Positions 52,925 to 62,771 of a stretch of DNA of 64,000 nucleotides are shown in pieces (the stretch's first letter is position 1; each line of letters starts with the position of its first letter). This DNA comes from Clostridia bacterium (GTDB taxonomy: Bacteria; Bacillota; Clostridia; TANB77; UBA1234). Location of the stretch: the NCBI GenBank assembly GCA_017462965.1, contig JAFTQC010000020.1, positions 990 to 64,989 of the forward strand, in the 5' to 3' direction. The notes beneath the pieces were generated by a model. That model ran no database searches. It was not told where the DNA came from and saw nothing but the letters and a program-made list of their open reading frames with translations. The translations under genes and the position numbers were made by a program.

Positions 52925-53000
52925 TGGTCGGGGTGAGAGGACTCGAACCTCCGGCCCCATGGTCCCAAACCACGTACTCTACCAACTGAGCCACACCCCG
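52925..53000 (-). tRNA. trnP: tRNA-Pro (TGG), integration target
   Basis: CGGGGTGTGGCTCAGTTGGTAGAG..CGTGG-TTTGGGA-CCATG..GGTTCGAGTCC..CCCCGACCA. Confidence 0.96.
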
Positions 53001-53170
53001 ATACAATTTGAAAGTATAACACGGTTTTTGAGGTTTGGCAATACAAAATTTAAATTTTTATATTTTTTATTTTTAAATTTTATGAAATGTCTGAAATTTC
53101 ACTAGTTTCAATAGAATTGTCAATTTCTTCTAAATCTTGAGATGAATTTTCGATATTTTTGTTATTTTCA

Positions 53171-54259
53171 TCATTTTCCCTCCTTCAAAATTTTATAAAC
53201 ACATTTATTTTGTTCTTGTTTCTCGAAGTTCCATGTATGGAAAGAGCCTCCTAGGCAGTAGTCCCAGTAATCACATTTTTGACAAGATTCACATGATGTT
53301 CGATTACTGTTTCTAAATTCTTTATATTTATTGTCCCAAACTTCTTTGAAATTATCTGTTTTGATGTTTCCTTGTACGTATTTTTTCATTCGTGGAACAT
53401 TTGGACAAACATATAAATCGCCGTTGTAAAGGATACTTGCAATGTTTATTCCAGTTCTGCAGAAGAATAAATATTTTCGAACATCATTTTCATACTTTAA
53501 TCCCAAAAAACTTGGGCATCCATACGAAATTTCTAATTTTCCTTTTTTATTTTTTTCGACTATGAAATCCAAAAGTTTTTCAAAATCTTGTTTATCAAGC
53601 ATAAGATCATCATGTTCCTTCGCTCTACCGATTGGATCTATTGATGCAACTCTCCAAGATGTTAAGTCAAGAGAGCACATAACTTCATAAATTTCGTTTA
53701 GTTGATGGATATTGCTTTTGTTAAAAACAGTGGTAACTTGCAGATGTTTTACAAAATTTGCTTTGCGTAAACTTTTTATATTTTCAATAATTTTTTTGTA
53801 TGAACCTGGTACACCTCTAAATTCGTCATGCGTATCTTTTAATCCGTCGATACTAATTGAAATTGTCTCCATTCCGGCACGTTTTAAACTTTCGATATTT
53901 TCGGAATTTAGTAAAATTCCGTTTGTAGTCATACCCCAATGAAAACCAAGACTCACAGCATATTCCATAACTTCAAATAAATCTTTACGAACAAGAGGTT
54001 CGCCACCTGTTACATTTATAAGAATTTTGCTTGCATCAAAATCATCTGCTATTTGTTTGAATCCAGCCTTTATTTCGTTGGTAGTAAGTTCATCAGGATA
54101 ATTTTTTGTTTCGGCGGAACTTCCACAGTGCTTACATTTGGCATTACAATTTAAAGTGGTTTCCCAAAACAAATCAATAAGATGATGTTCTTGATATTCT
54201 TTTTCTTTATATTGTTTCAAAAGTTCAAATTTTCCTAATTTATAAATCTCTTTAAACAT
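53171..54259 (-). CDS. Radical SAM/SPASM protein
   Basis: LFWETTLNCNAKCKHCGS (CxxxCxxC), TGGEPL, SIDG..HDEFRG, CRTG..YVC..CESCQKC..CLGG; RBS AGGAG before ATG 54259. Confidence 0.92.
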   Translation of the reverse strand: MFKEIYKLGKFELLKQYKEKEYQEHHLIDLFWETTLNCNAKCKHCGSSAETKNYPDELTTNEIKAGFKQIADDFDASKILINVTGGEPLVRKDLFEVMEYAVSLGFHWGMTTNGILLNSENIESLKRAGMETISISIDGLKDTHDEFRGVPGSYKKIIENIKSLRKANFVKHLQVTTVFNKSNIHQLNEIYEVMCSLDLTSWRVASIDPIGRAKEHDDLMLDKQDFEKLLDFIVEKNKKGKLEISYGCPSFLGLKYENDVRKYLFFCRTGINIASILYNGDLYVCPNVPRMKKYVQGNIKTDNFKEVWDNKYKEFRNSNRTSCESCQKCDYWDYCLGGSFHTWNFEKQEQNKCVYKILKEGK

Positions 54260-54316
54260 AGTTAGCTCCTTATATAAGTAGTTAAATTCATTATATAAAA
54301 GCAGCAACAAGAGTTG

Positions 54317-54403
54317 CAAGAGGGACGCCCCTTTTTGAGAAAATTTTCTCAAAAAGGGGCGTCCCTCTTGATAAGTTTTTTGCAAAAAGGGCTGTCCCTC
54401 TTG
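54317..54403. repeat. REP-like palindrome plus extra half copy (CAAGAGGGACGCCCC family)
   Basis: Palindrome 54317-54370, additional inverted half at about 54380-54403. Confidence 0.88.
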
Positions 54404-54461
54404 CTAATTTTGAAATATAATATTGATGGATACGTGCATGAAAAGAGGAGAGGTGATTTTT

Positions 54462-54674
54462 ATGGAAAAATTATCGAGTGAAGTTATAATGAATCCTATA
54501 GAGGTGGTTCCAATGTATGGAGTACAACCACCTATTGAGAAAGAAAAAACAGTTGGAATTCTTGTTGCAGCTGTAACGGGAGTTGTTATTGTTGCTGTGG
54601 GAATAGTTGCTTTCATAAAAAGAAAAAATAAAAAGAAAAAGGGAGAGATTTCAAATGAAGAGATTAAAAAATAA
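54462..54674 (+). CDS. 70-aa membrane-anchored peptide with PMYGVQP motif
   Basis: Strong RBS GAGGAGAGGTG; MEKLSSEVIMNPIEVVPMYGVQPP, then TM, then KRKNKKKK. Confidence 0.7.
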   Translation: MEKLSSEVIMNPIEVVPMYGVQPPIEKEKTVGILVAAVTGVVIVAVGIVAFIKRKNKKKKGEISNEEIKK

Positions 54675-55092
54675 TTCAGGTATTTCAATAACAACACTTG
54701 TTATAACGATAGTTGTAATGCTTATTATCGCTGGTATAGCTGTTGGAACGTCAACGGAGATAATTGATGATTCTGTTGATGCGAAAAAAGAAGCTGCAAT
54801 TTTTGAAGATAATGAAGAAATTCGTGCATTATTAATGAATGCAATTACTGATAAAAGTGTTATAACAGGTTTTGCTTTAGTTGATGGATCGATTGAAGTT
54901 GTTGATGAAGAAGGTAATGAGTATGGAACTAATTATTATCTAATCCCTGGTGGAGATGAAGAAGATTTAGCTGCAATTAGGGAAAAGACAGGAGATGCTA
55001 GTGCTAGTGCATATAAAGGAATAACAGCTCCTTATGTTGTAGATTATTATACTGGAAAATATCATAGAATTGAGGATGTTAAGTTTAAATAA
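54655..55092 (+). CDS. Type IV pilin-like protein
   Basis: MKRLKNNSG-ISITTLVITIVVMLIIAGIAV class III-like signal peptide. Confidence 0.7.
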   Translation: MKRLKNNSGISITTLVITIVVMLIIAGIAVGTSTEIIDDSVDAKKEAAIFEDNEEIRALLMNAITDKSVITGFALVDGSIEVVDEEGNEYGTNYYLIPGGDEEDLAAIREKTGDASASAYKGITAPYVVDYYTGKYHRIEDVKFK

Positions 55093-55125
55093 AAGTTTTT
55101 TGTAGTTTTGTTTGGAGGAAATGTG

Positions 55126-55854
55126 ATGAAGCAGATTTTAAGTAGCGTGAGAAAAGCAATTGATGAATATGGAATGATTGAAGAAGGCGATAGGATTGCG
55201 GTTGGACTTTCTGGTGGAAAAGATAGTGTGACGCTGCTTTTAGCGCTTAAAAATTTACAAATTTTTTATCCTAAAAAGTTTGAAATTGTTGCGATAACTA
55301 TTGATCCCGATTCTAATACTTTTGATACATCGGTTTTAGAAAAATTATGTGCGGAGTTGAATATTGAATATGTAATTGAAAAAACTAATATTAAAGAAGT
55401 TGTTTTTGATATTCGAAAAGAAAAAAATCCTTGTTCGCTTTGTGCGAATTTGAGACGCGGTGCGCTTAATGGTGCTGCGGAAGCACATGGATGCAATAAA
55501 GTTGCGCTTGGCCATCATAAGGATGATGTTATTGAAACGTTTTTACTTAGCCTTTTTTACGAAGGTCATATTCATACATTTTCGCCAAATACTTATTTGT
55601 CTAGAAAAAATTTGATGGTTATAAGACCGATGATTTATCTAGAAGAAAAGGAAGTTAAAGCTTTTGCTAAAAGAAATAATATTCCGATAATGAAGAAATC
55701 ATGCGAAGTTGATGGGAGTACGAAAAGAGAGTTTATGAAAACAATTATAATGGAACTTTCTAAGCGTATTCCTCGTCTTAAAGCATGTATCTTTGGAGCG
55801 ATTGAGCGCTCGAATATAAAAGGGTGGGAAAAAGTAAATTTAAAGGAGGAATAA
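55126..55854 (+). CDS. ttcA: tRNA 2-thiocytidine biosynthesis TtcA-family protein
   Basis: GLSGGKDS (PP-loop), CSLCANLRRG, ALGHHKDD, VIRPM. Confidence 0.88.
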   Translation: MKQILSSVRKAIDEYGMIEEGDRIAVGLSGGKDSVTLLLALKNLQIFYPKKFEIVAITIDPDSNTFDTSVLEKLCAELNIEYVIEKTNIKEVVFDIRKEKNPCSLCANLRRGALNGAAEAHGCNKVALGHHKDDVIETFLLSLFYEGHIHTFSPNTYLSRKNLMVIRPMIYLEEKEVKAFAKRNNIPIMKKSCEVDGSTKREFMKTIIMELSKRIPRLKACIFGAIERSNIKGWEKVNLKEE

Positions 55855-55859
55855 ACAAA

Positions 55860-58673
55860 TTGAAGAAAAAAGTTTTTGGAGCGATTGCTGCAATTGTTAT
55901 GATTTCTCATTTTTCATCTGCCTATGCATTAACTATGATAAATGAAAAAATAAAAGAAGAGCAAATTACTTCGGGTGTTGTTCTTAAAAATTATGATAGA
56001 TTTACTGAGAAGGGATGGCTAAATATCAACGTTTTAGAGGTTGATTTGAATGATGATAATACAGAAGTTGGTCTTTTGAATTCTGAGAACGGACTTAATA
56101 CTTTTCAGACAGTTTATCAGATGGCAAGTAAAGATAATATTGTTGCTGCGGTAAATGGTGATTTTTTCAATGGAACTTCAGCAAATGGAAATACTGTTGG
56201 TCTTTCGATTGCTGACGGCGAGCTGCTTACAACTACTTATTTTGAAAATGAACTAAAGGATACTTTTGCTAGTTTTATTTTAAATGAAGATAATGAGGCT
56301 TGGGTGGATTATTTTACGCACAAGATAACTTTGAGAAATAAGAAGAATAAAAAAGAACTTCTAATTGGTGAGTATAACAAGGTTTCAACGAATTATGAGT
56401 ACCCTGTAATTTATACAAGTGAGTGGGGAAAATATTCGTATGGTTCAAAACTTTCACTTACCGAGATGTTAGTTAAAGATGGAAAAGTTAAAGAAATTAG
56501 AGAAAATGGAGAACCTTTTGAAATTCCAGATGACGGATTTGTTGTTGCGGCGTATGGCGAAGCTGCCAAGAATATGATTGAAAATTTCAAGAAGAATAAT
56601 AAGGTTGAAGTTGATATCGAAATGGATTTGGATATTGATGAAATAAAGATGGCTGTTTCTGGTGGTGCTGTTCTTGTTAAAGATGGCGAAATTCCTAAAA
56701 CTTTTTCTTCAAATATTTCTGGTTCAAATCCTAGAACTGCAATTGGTGTTTCTGAAGATGGAAATACGTTGTATTTGATAACTGTTGATGGCAGGCAAGC
56801 TTCAAGCATTGGTATGACGCAAATTGAACTTGCTGAGTTTTTGAAGGAAAAAGGCGTTTATAATGCAATTAATTTAGATGGCGGTGGATCTACAACTATG
56901 GTTGCTAGAAAGCTTGGGGAAGCTGCAGTTAAAACGATAAATTCGCCAAGTGGCGGTGTGCTTAGAATGGTTACAAATGCTATTGGAATTTATAATAATA
57001 AAAAGACTGGATCGCTTTCAAATTTGGTTTTGAGAGTTCCTGAAGAAAATGTTTTTGTGAATTCTAAGATGCAGATTGAAGTGCTTGGTTATGATAAATA
57101 TTATAATCCTGTGGATGTTGATATTGATGATGTTGATTTTACAGTGGATGGGGTTCTTGCCACAGTTGAGGATGGAATGATTGTTGCAGGAAGTGATGCT
57201 GGAACTGCAAAAATTACAGCGAAAAAGGGGAGAGCTACGGCGACAATTTCTGTTGATGTTTTGAGTGCTCCGAATGAGATTGAAATATCACCTAAAAAAG
57301 AAGCTATAAATCTTGGCGAAAGCGTTGAATATACGATAACTGCGAAAAATAAAAATGGTTATTATGCTACGCTTCTAGGGGATGATTTAACTTATAAAGT
57401 GATTAGTGGCGATGGTGAATTTGCTGGAAACAAATTTGTTCCAAACAAAGAAGGCGATCATGTAATTGAAGTTTCTGTTGGAGATACGAAATCGTATGCG
57501 CTTGTAACTGTTGGTGAATCAAACAAAAATGTTATAGATAGTTTTGAAAATCAATCTTTTAAATTTGTTTCTTATCCCGTTGCTGTAACGGGAGAGGCGT
57601 CTGTTACATCTAGTGAAAGCGCACATTTAAAAAAATCTGCAAAATTAGAGTATGACTTTACTAAGACAGATGCTACAAGAGCTGCATATTTGAGATTTGA
57701 AAGTCCGATTGAAGTTTCAGAGGATGCAACGGAAATTTCTTTTAAAGTTTATAGCGAAGAAGATATTGATGATTATATAAAGTTGAAATTTGTTGATGCT
57801 AAGGGAAATACTGAACTTGTAATGGCCTGCAAAGGTGTGACTGGTGGAGAGTGGAACGAGCTAACATACGATTTGAATTCAATTTCTCTTCCTGCGACTT
57901 TGACTGATGTTTATGTTGCGCAGGATAAAGCGGAAGTTAAGAACGTGGGAACAATTTATTTTGATGAGTTAGCAATATTGACAGATAAGAATGATAGTGT
58001 AAGTGAGGTTAGACTTCCTCAGGATATAAAAGGTGTTTCTAGTCTTGAAGAAACTACAGAATTAACGAGTGGTGAATCTTTGAAAATAATTGTATTTGAT
58101 GAAATTCGAGAGACGGAAATTTTGTTAGATAGTTTGGTTAAGAATCGAGTAGAACAAAAGATGAATAATACGGCTGAAGTTGTTGTATTCACATCTCAAG
58201 AAAATGAGGATTTGATTTCGAATGTTGGTGCTGAAAAAATAATTCCTAATGGGTATTCGAAGCAAACGATTGATGGTTCATTATTTATTAATTTGGATGT
58301 TTCAAGTGGAGGCGTAAGAATATCAGATTATAATCAATGGTTGAACTTGAAAAACGATGTAACTATTTCAAGTGAAAAAAATATTTTTATTGTTATGAAT
58401 GGTTCTTTAAATGATTTTACGGATAAAAAAGAGAAAAAGTTATTTATAGATACACTTTGTGATTTGAAGAGAAAAACTTCTAAAAATATTCTTGTTATAC
58501 AAGATGGAGAAAGTACAGAAATATCAATGGAAAGAGGCGTTAAATATATAAGCGTAAATAATTGCTTTATTGATAATAAGGATCCACTTGATGTTGTACG
58601 AAATACGAAATATATTGAGATAACAGTGTCAGAAAAAGGCGAAGTATATTGTAGTATTAAGGATGCGATCTAA
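55860..58673 (+). CDS. Secreted phosphodiester glycosidase (NAGPA/DUF2233) multidomain protein
   Basis: AAVNGDFF, NPRTAIG..LITVDGR..SIGMT, AINLDGGGSTTM; Ig-like repeats; TTG start after RBS AAGGAGG. Confidence 0.82.
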   Translation: MKKKVFGAIAAIVMISHFSSAYALTMINEKIKEEQITSGVVLKNYDRFTEKGWLNINVLEVDLNDDNTEVGLLNSENGLNTFQTVYQMASKDNIVAAVNGDFFNGTSANGNTVGLSIADGELLTTTYFENELKDTFASFILNEDNEAWVDYFTHKITLRNKKNKKELLIGEYNKVSTNYEYPVIYTSEWGKYSYGSKLSLTEMLVKDGKVKEIRENGEPFEIPDDGFVVAAYGEAAKNMIENFKKNNKVEVDIEMDLDIDEIKMAVSGGAVLVKDGEIPKTFSSNISGSNPRTAIGVSEDGNTLYLITVDGRQASSIGMTQIELAEFLKEKGVYNAINLDGGGSTTMVARKLGEAAVKTINSPSGGVLRMVTNAIGIYNNKKTGSLSNLVLRVPEENVFVNSKMQIEVLGYDKYYNPVDVDIDDVDFTVDGVLATVEDGMIVAGSDAGTAKITAKKGRATATISVDVLSAPNEIEISPKKEAINLGESVEYTITAKNKNGYYATLLGDDLTYKVISGDGEFAGNKFVPNKEGDHVIEVSVGDTKSYALVTVGESNKNVIDSFENQSFKFVSYPVAVTGEASVTSSESAHLKKSAKLEYDFTKTDATRAAYLRFESPIEVSEDATEISFKVYSEEDIDDYIKLKFVDAKGNTELVMACKGVTGGEWNELTYDLNSISLPATLTDVYVAQDKAEVKNVGTIYFDELAILTDKNDSVSEVRLPQDIKGVSSLEETTELTSGESLKIIVFDEIRETEILLDSLVKNRVEQKMNNTAEVVVFTSQENEDLISNVGAEKIIPNGYSKQTIDGSLFINLDVSSGGVRISDYNQWLNLKNDVTISSEKNIFIVMNGSLNDFTDKKEKKLFIDTLCDLKRKTSKNILVIQDGESTEISMERGVKYISVNNCFIDNKDPLDVVRNTKYIEITVSEKGEVYCSIKDAI

Positions 58674-58679
58674 AAATAA

Positions 58680-58715
58680 AAAAAGGACAAAGGGACGGGG
58701 CTTTTGTCCTTTTTT
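58680..58715. repeat. GGACAA-GGGACGGGGCTTTTGTCC hairpin element
   Basis: Nearly identical to the copy at about 13765-13790; lies between convergent genes. Confidence 0.75.
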
Positions 58716-58719
58716 CCTT

Positions 58720-59334
58720 TTACACCTTGCGTTTTCTTTTTTTCTTATTGAAAAAGTTGTTGATTGTGTTTACAACATCACTTTCAATTATTAAATTTCC
58801 ATATTCTAAAAGTCTTGATTCCATCAATGATGATGATTTTTCGATGTCTGCATATTCTAAGATTGACGTTGCAGGTATCATTCCTGCTTTTAAATAATAA
58901 TTGTTGTTATATGAATAAAGTTTTGTATCTAAAATAGAGTTAATATCTGCAGTTTTGCAAAATGCACAAACATCATCAAAATTTTCAAATTTGTATAAAC
59001 CGTTTTTTATAAAATATGGTATTTTTTTTCTTTTTAATTTTATAACATCTCTAGCTTGCTTAGAAGTGTTGAATTTAACTACCGGTTTTTCTTTTGTTTT
59101 GGTAACTATGAAAGTGAAGTTTCCACTTCCTGAGGTTGAGGCTTCAACATAAATCATTGAGTCATCAACATTAAATCCATATTCTTTTTCAGCCTCATTC
59201 ATAACATCCCAAAACAAATCTTGTGACTCCGGAGAGTTGTAAACAAATGAATACAAATCAATATTTCTAGCTTGTAAATCATCTATCGTAATAGTGATTT
59301 TTATTTTATCCTCGGCTAATTTCTCAATTTTCAA
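58720..59334 (-). CDS. mecA: Adaptor protein MecA
   Basis: KIEKLAEDKIKITITIDDL..LFWDVMNEA; C-terminal FENFDDV..LLEYGNLII. Confidence 0.82.
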   Translation of the reverse strand: MKIEKLAEDKIKITITIDDLQARNIDLYSFVYNSPESQDLFWDVMNEAEKEYGFNVDDSMIYVEASTSGSGNFTFIVTKTKEKPVVKFNTSKQARDVIKLKRKKIPYFIKNGLYKFENFDDVCAFCKTADINSILDTKLYSYNNNYYLKAGMIPATSILEYADIEKSSSLMESRLLEYGNLIIESDVVNTINNFFNKKKRKRKV

Positions 59335-59623
59335 AAGAATGCCTCCCTTCACTTTAGAATACAATTAAATTATACATTCTAAAGAGCGTGAAATAAATGA
59401 TAAAAATCTGGTAAAAAGCCTTTGAATTGCCAATTTGAAGGATGTGGCAAAACCAATCTTTTAATAATTTAAATCATAATATAGTATATTAAAAATTTTT
59501 AATATAGTACGTTGTACGAGTCGAATTATACTGATAAACATATTAAAAGTCAATGAATGTTTTGTGAAATAAATGGCATATTTTTGAGGTACTCACGTAT
59601 CTTTAAAAAGAGGAGGATAAGCT

Positions 59624-60115
59624 ATGAAGAAATTTAAACTTTTATTTTTAATTGTACTTTTTGTAGGATGTATTTGGTATACGAATGCGTTAGAGCAGCA
59701 AGAGGTTGCAGCAAATGATTTAGAAGTTGCAAAAGAGAGTGGTGAAAATTTAAGTAAGGTATTACTTTATTTTTTAAATAGTGAAAATGAACTTGTTAAT
59801 GAATATCGTTTCGTGTCTTTAGATGATTTGAAAACAGACATGCCTAAGTTGATTATGACAGAGCTTTTAAATGGACCAAGCATAGAAGAAAACAAAAGTG
59901 CTTTGCCAGATGGTGTTCAGTTAATATCAATAGAAATTAGGGATAATGTGGCAAGTGTGAATTTTTCAAAAGAATTTGTTTCTCAAAGCGAGGGGGAAGA
60001 CGCTCGATTAGCTAAAATAAGTGCGGTTGTGAACACACTCACAGAAATTAAGGAAATTGATACGGTTGAAATTTTAGTAGAAGGAGAAGTGTATGAAGTG
60101 AGAGGGAGAATTTAG
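59624..60115 (+). CDS. GerMN-domain secreted protein
   Basis: LYFL..LVNEYRFV..ELLNGP..ALPDGVQL..ASVNFSKEF..AVVNTLTEI..VEILVEG. Confidence 0.8.
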   Translation: MKKFKLLFLIVLFVGCIWYTNALEQQEVAANDLEVAKESGENLSKVLLYFLNSENELVNEYRFVSLDDLKTDMPKLIMTELLNGPSIEENKSALPDGVQLISIEIRDNVASVNFSKEFVSQSEGEDARLAKISAVVNTLTEIKEIDTVEILVEGEVYEVRGRI

Positions 60116-60169
60116 CAAGAGGGACGCCCCTTTTTGAGAAAATTTTCTCAAAAAGGGGCGTCCCTCTTG
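60116..60169. repeat. REP-like palindrome (CAAGAGGGACGCCCC family)
   Basis: Identical to the 54317-54370 copy. Confidence 0.9.
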
Positions 60170-60266
60170 ATGACTTTTGATGCTTCTTGCGGCAATTTCT
60201 AAATCCGTTCTCGTTGACTTTTTGGGGGCTCAAATATATACTATGGTTAGATTGTTTTAAAGGAGG

Positions 60267-60851
60267 ATGAACATGAGTAAGTTAATTGAAATTAGATGGC
60301 ATGGTCGTGGTGGACAAGGTGCTAAAACTGCATCATTGTTACTTGCCGACGCTGCATTCAATACAGGTAAATATATTCAAGGTTTTCCTGAATATGGTCC
60401 TGAAAGAATGGGTGCGCCAATCACTGCATACAACAGAATAAGTGATGAACCTATTACAATTCATAGTAACATATATGAACCTGATTTCGTAGTTGTTGTA
60501 GATGATACACTACTAGAAGCTGTTGATGTTACAGCTGGATTGAAGGAGGATGGTGCAATAGTTGTTAACTCGACAAAAACACCAGACGAAATAAGAGGTT
60601 CGTTGAAAGGATACAAAGGAAAGGTTTGTACAATAGATGCTAGAAAAATATCTGAAGAGACTTTAGGAAAGTATTTCCCAAATACACCTATGCTTGCAGC
60701 AATTGTTAAAGTTAGTGGAATAATGGACGAGCAAGCTTTCTTAGATGATATGGTTGAGTCTTTCAAACATAAATTTGCGAAGAAACCTGAGGTTATTGAC
60801 GGAAATATGGAGGCGCTTCGTCGTTCTCTTAATGAAGTTAATGGACTTTAA
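60267..60851 (+). CDS. porC: Pyruvate:ferredoxin oxidoreductase gamma subunit
   Basis: EIRWHGRGGQGAKTA, FPEYGPERMGAP. Confidence 0.9.
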   Translation: MNMSKLIEIRWHGRGGQGAKTASLLLADAAFNTGKYIQGFPEYGPERMGAPITAYNRISDEPITIHSNIYEPDFVVVVDDTLLEAVDVTAGLKEDGAIVVNSTKTPDEIRGSLKGYKGKVCTIDARKISEETLGKYFPNTPMLAAIVKVSGIMDEQAFLDDMVESFKHKFAKKPEVIDGNMEALRRSLNEVNGL

Positions 60852-60885
60852 GTTGAATGAAAATTTTAGATAGGAGGTAATTTAA

Positions 60886-61182
60886 GTGTCTGAAAATAAA
60901 TGTAATATAAATGCTAAATCAACATGGAAAGAACTTACTCCTGGTGGCACAATTTATGATGCTGCGAATTCAGAAGGATTCCACACAGGAGACTGGAGAT
61001 CTAAGAAGCCGGTTTTTCATGCTGATAAATGTAAACAATGTGGACTTTGTCTTCCAGTTTGCCCAGATAGTGCTATTTTAATGGACGAGTCTGGAAATAG
61101 AGGAGATTTTAATTTTGATTTTTGTAAGGGTTGTGGAGTTTGTGCGAAAGTTTGTCCTTTCGGCGCTATCTCTATGGAGTAA
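60886..61182 (+). CDS. porD: Pyruvate:ferredoxin oxidoreductase delta subunit (2x[4Fe-4S])
   Basis: TGDWRSKKPV, CKQCGLCLPVCP, CKGCGVCAKVCP. Confidence 0.9.
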   Translation: MSENKCNINAKSTWKELTPGGTIYDAANSEGFHTGDWRSKKPVFHADKCKQCGLCLPVCPDSAILMDESGNRGDFNFDFCKGCGVCAKVCPFGAISME

Positions 61183-61183
61183 T

Positions 61184-61540
61184 TTGAATGAAAAGCAATA
61201 TCTTGTGAAATGTTTCAAACTTGTTCCGTACTCAACGTACCACAGTACGCCTCCGTGCGTCACTAAGTTTGAAAATTTCGCAATATATCACTTTTGATTC
61301 AAATTTAACTTGCAGTGAGTTGAAATAAGATTAACATTTTGAAAAAATTTTAAATTTAAATACAGAATAAGAGATTTTATAAAATTAATAATAAAATGAT
61401 TTTAAAAAAAGAAAGTTCGATTCAAATCAAAATTATTAGATTGTGGAATTTTTTAGCTAGTGCGAGCGCGGAAGCGTACGTGGGTACGCTGAGCACCAAA
61501 CTAGGTAAAAATATTTCACAAGATGATGATTTTCATTTGA
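61184..61540. mobile_element. MITE-like insert with about 85-bp imperfect terminal inverted repeats between porD and porA
   Basis: 61184-61267 pairs with 61457-61540, e.g. GTACTCAACGTACCACAGTACGCCTCCG versus reverse complement GTGCTCAGCGTACCCACGTACGCTTCCG. Confidence 0.6.
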
Positions 61541-61562
61541 ATCATAGAAGGGAGAAAATAAA

Positions 61563-62747
61563 ATGAGTATCAGAGAAAGACTAAGTGGAAACGAAGCCGT
61601 TGCTAATGCAATGCGCCAAATTAATCCAGATGTAGTTGCTGCATTCCCAATTACTCCTTCAACAGAGGTTCCACAATATTTTTCAACATTCGTTAATAAC
61701 GGTAGTGTTGATACAGAATTTGTTCCTGTTGAAAGTGAGCACAGTGCTATGAGTGCTTGCGTTGGTGCGGCTGCAGCAGGTGGACGTGTTATGACTGCTA
61801 CTTCTGCTAATGGATTGTCATTAATGTGGGAGATTTTATATATTGCTTCAAGTTTAAGACTTCCAATCGTTATGTCTTGTGTAAACAGAGCTGTTTCTGG
61901 TCCTTTAAACATACATAATGATCATTCAGATTCTATGGGAGCTAGAGATTCTGGTTGGATTCAATTATACTGCGAAACTAACCAAGAAGCTTATGATAAT
62001 ATTTTGATGGCAAACAGAATTGCTGAGCATTTAAATGTTCAACTTCCTGTAATGGTTTGTTATGATGGTTTCATTACTTCTCATTCAATTGAAAACATTG
62101 AGCTTGAAGAAGATGATAAAGTAAAAGCTTTTGTTGGTGAATATAATCCAGAGCATTACTTATTAAATAAAAAAGAACCAATCGCTGTTGGCCCTCTTGA
62201 TTTACAACCATACTTGTTTGAGCATAAGTTCCAACAAGCTGAAGCTATGAGAGCTGCTAAAGACGTTATTTTAGAAGTTTCTGAAGAATTTGCTAAAATG
62301 ACAGGAAGAAAATATGGTTTATTTGAAGAATATAAAATGGAAGATGCTGAAGTTGCAATTGTTGTGTTAAACTCAACTGCAGGAACAGCAAAACATACAA
62401 TTGATGAGTTAAGAGAAAAAGGCGTTAAAGCCGGCCTTATCAAACCAAGAGTATTTAGACCATTCCCAGTTACAGAGATTGCACAAGCTCTTAAAAATGT
62501 TAAAGCTGTTGCAATGCTTGATAAATGTGATAGCACAAATGGTGCTGCAGGTCCTTTATATACAGAGGTTACATCTGCACTTTACACAGAAGGTATCACT
62601 GGAGTAAAAACAGTTAACTATGTTTATGGTATCGGTGGTAGAGATGTTAAATCTGATGATATCGAGAAAGTATTTACAGATTTACAAGAAATCGTGTCTA
62701 CAGGAAAAGTAGAAAATCCATTTAGATATTTAGGTCTAAAAGATTAA
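61563..62747 (+). CDS. porA: Pyruvate:ferredoxin oxidoreductase alpha subunit
   Basis: SGNEAVA, AFPITPST, VESEHSAMS, TATSANGL, YGIGGRD. Confidence 0.92.
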   Translation: MSIRERLSGNEAVANAMRQINPDVVAAFPITPSTEVPQYFSTFVNNGSVDTEFVPVESEHSAMSACVGAAAAGGRVMTATSANGLSLMWEILYIASSLRLPIVMSCVNRAVSGPLNIHNDHSDSMGARDSGWIQLYCETNQEAYDNILMANRIAEHLNVQLPVMVCYDGFITSHSIENIELEEDDKVKAFVGEYNPEHYLLNKKEPIAVGPLDLQPYLFEHKFQQAEAMRAAKDVILEVSEEFAKMTGRKYGLFEEYKMEDAEVAIVVLNSTAGTAKHTIDELREKGVKAGLIKPRVFRPFPVTEIAQALKNVKAVAMLDKCDSTNGAAGPLYTEVTSALYTEGITGVKTVNYVYGIGGRDVKSDDIEKVFTDLQEIVSTGKVENPFRYLGLKD

Positions 62748-62771
62748 TTTGAAAAGGAAGGAGTAATAAAA

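Larger units (their letters stand above)
46944..52936. mobile_element. Element B: 6-kb integrated satellite- or plasmid-like element
   Basis: att core at 46944-46955 and 52925-52936 (inside tRNA-Pro); CATGCRATTTTCATGCAATT at 47019-47038 and 52761-52780; own integrase, repressor and replication protein. Confidence 0.88.
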
